NCBI GenBank assembly: GCA_964016885.1
Contig: OZ024743.1
Location: 224,130,001 to 224,194,000, forward strand
Source: Eledone cirrhosa
Taxonomy: Eukaryota
Length of the DNA: 64,000 nt
Reading direction: 5' to 3'
The translations under genes were made by a program, and so were the position numbers. The notes beneath the pieces were generated by a model. It saw nothing but the letters and a program-made list of their open reading frames with translations. It searched no databases and was not told the DNA's origin. Every line of letters starts with the position of its first letter. Within the stretch, counting starts at the first letter, position 1. Below, one piece after another: positions 61,778 to 64,000 of this stretch.

Positions 61778-62286
61778 TAAAATAAAGTTAAATAAAAGTC
61801 AAATGATTAAAATTTAGCTTTGTTTATTACTGCTATATATATTTCAGTGACAGCCATCTTTGGCTGTGACCTCTTCAGGCAGTTTGAATTAGTATGGTAT
61901 AGACAAGTACATATGTTGTTTAGGTGTATGATATTGTCAAATACTGGGGAACTGGAGTCATATGGATATGACTCCAGTTCCCCAGTGAATTAACAACCCA
62001 GCAAGGAACTGGGCATATCAGAGTATTGACAATATCATACACCTAAACAACATATGTACTTGTCTATACCATACTAATTCAAACTGCCTGAAGAGGTCAC
62101 AGCCAAAGATGGCTGTCACTGAAATATATATAGCAGTAATAAACAAAGCTAAATTTTAATCATTTGACTTTTATTTAACTTTATTTTACACTACTCCGGA
62201 GTAACCAAACCAACCTGCGCACTTCGTCGAGTGCTCCAGCCTGCATACTGAGGTGTTGGTATACAACCAACATAAACTCAAAATCT
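61778..62286. mobile_element. Fold-back HHR element: palindrome 61778-62188 plus tail
   Basis: Identical HHRs at 61829-61883 (-) and 62083-62137 (+): ACTGC-CTGAAGA-GGTCACAGCCA AAGA TGGCTGTCACT-GAAA-TATATA-TA-GCAGT. Confidence 0.92.
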
Positions 62287-62708
62287 ATATACTTATATAT
62301 ATATATACTTATATATGTATATATATATACACATATATATACATATATACTTATATATACTTATAAATATATACTTATATATATGGAGGCACATGGTTTA
62401 GTGGTTAGAGCATTGGCCTTGCAATCGAAAGGTTGTGAGTTCAATTCTCAGACCATGTGATGTGTTGTTTCCTTGAGCAAGACACTTTATTTCACATTGC
62501 TCCAGTTTACTCAGCTGTAGAAATGAGATGATAGGGACCCCAGTCCCTATCATTCCACTGCAAAGTGGTTGTGTAGGTGCCACGGATGTAAATGAGGTTG
62601 GTGTTAGGAAGGGCATCCAGCTGTAGAAATCAAGCCAGAATCAGTTCCCGTCCCACCCTTGCAAGCAAGGAAAAGCGGATGTAAAATGATGATGATGATG
62701 ATGATGAT

Positions 62709-63770
62709 ATCCAAAATTAAAATTAAGAGGTGTCATGTCTGAGAGACATGCGCCATATCCACTGTAGAATAAGCTCAAAGATTCCAATGAATAGATCTGA
62801 GCATTACATATCAACTAGAAATAGATTGACATATATATATATAAAATAAACATATGGAACAATCACAGGGAATAATTTGTAAAGAATGTAAGCACACATA
62901 GCTAGGTAGGTAACTAATTAAAGTTTAACTAGAACTACAAATATAGATAACTTTTAAAATGATTAATCTCCTTTGTATATATTTCTTTAAGTAAGAAATA
63001 TATTTCACCAATTAATCCGTAAATCTTGGATGTTCACCAAAGAAGAAGAAGATAACCATCTGCGTTTACAAAGCAAAAGCAAATCTGTGAATGACTCGAA
63101 CCACGTGTTGCATTTTTTTTAAAAATACACACATTGCACAACGTGAATAGGACCATCGACAGCCAGAAATAGCAGCCGAGTCTATTCAACTGAACGAGCT
63201 CAACAATCAAGGGGCTGTATTTATATCCAAAATTAAAATTAAGGGTTGTTATGTCTGAGAGACATGCATCATATCCACTGTAGAATAAGCTCAAAGATTC
63301 CAATGACTAGATCTGAGCATTACATATCAACTAGAAATAGATTGATATATATATAAAATAAACATATGAAACAATCACAGGGAATAATTTGTAAAGAATG
63401 TAAGCACACATAGCTAGGTAGGTAACTAATTAAAGTTTAACTAGAACTTCAAATGTGTGTATTTTTAAAAAAATGCAACACGTGGTTCGAGTCATTCACA
63501 GATTTACTTTTGCTTTGTAAACGCAAATGGTTATCTTCTCCTTTGGTGAACATCCAAGAATTTGACTGCTGTGTTTTACGGATTAATTGGTGAAATATAT
63601 TTCTTACTTAAAGAAATATATACAAAGGAGATTAATCATTTTGAAGTTCTAGTTAAACTTTAATTAGTTACCTACCTAGCTATGTGTGCTTACATTCTTT
63701 ACAAATTATTCCCTGTAATTGTTTCATATGTTTATTTTATATATATGTCAATCTATTTCTAGTTGATATA
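62709..63770. repeat. Duplicated and inverted unknown element (direct 62709-62940 / 63224-63452; inverted ~62805-63132 / 63455-63770)
   Basis: Direct string matches; the 5' end is homologous to the inner arms of the 52601-53071 palindrome. Confidence 0.85.
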
Positions 63771-63801
63771 TATATATATATATATATACATACTTTTATA
63801 C

Positions 63802-63834
<33 letters not shown>

Positions 63835-64000
63835 CTTATATATATTTATATATACATATATATATTTATATATATATACTTATATGCAAAAGTTCTATTT
63901 AAATTGTTGGGATACAACAAGTAAATATTTTTATAACTGATATAAAGCACTCAACAAGTATTTGGAGTAGATATACGATATTAATAAATGGAAACTATAT

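Overview
AT-rich, repeat-saturated animal DNA. The SINE set, RTE LINEs and huge (TA)n tracts suggest an octopus/cephalopod genome (inference). I see no credible host protein-coding gene: nearly all long ORFs are microsatellite artefacts or transposon fragments. Recognisable elements are three Penelope-like (PLE) RT/GIY-YIG fragments, about seven RTE LINE copies with a PHD-like finger, Tx1/L1, CRE, mariner, hAT, Chapaev3-like and Helitron remnants, two MITEs, and at least two tRNA-derived SINE families. The main hidden signal is non-coding. About 20 type-I hammerhead ribozyme (HHR) motifs, intact or decayed, fall into roughly 9 sequence families on both strands, mostly next to (TA)n tracts. Several sit in 300-420 bp ORF-less fold-back palindromes with one ribozyme per arm. 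One family has a compensated U3-A8 core, and several share a downstream ACTCC...GAGTGCT motif. All RNA folds were read by eye; none was computed or tested.
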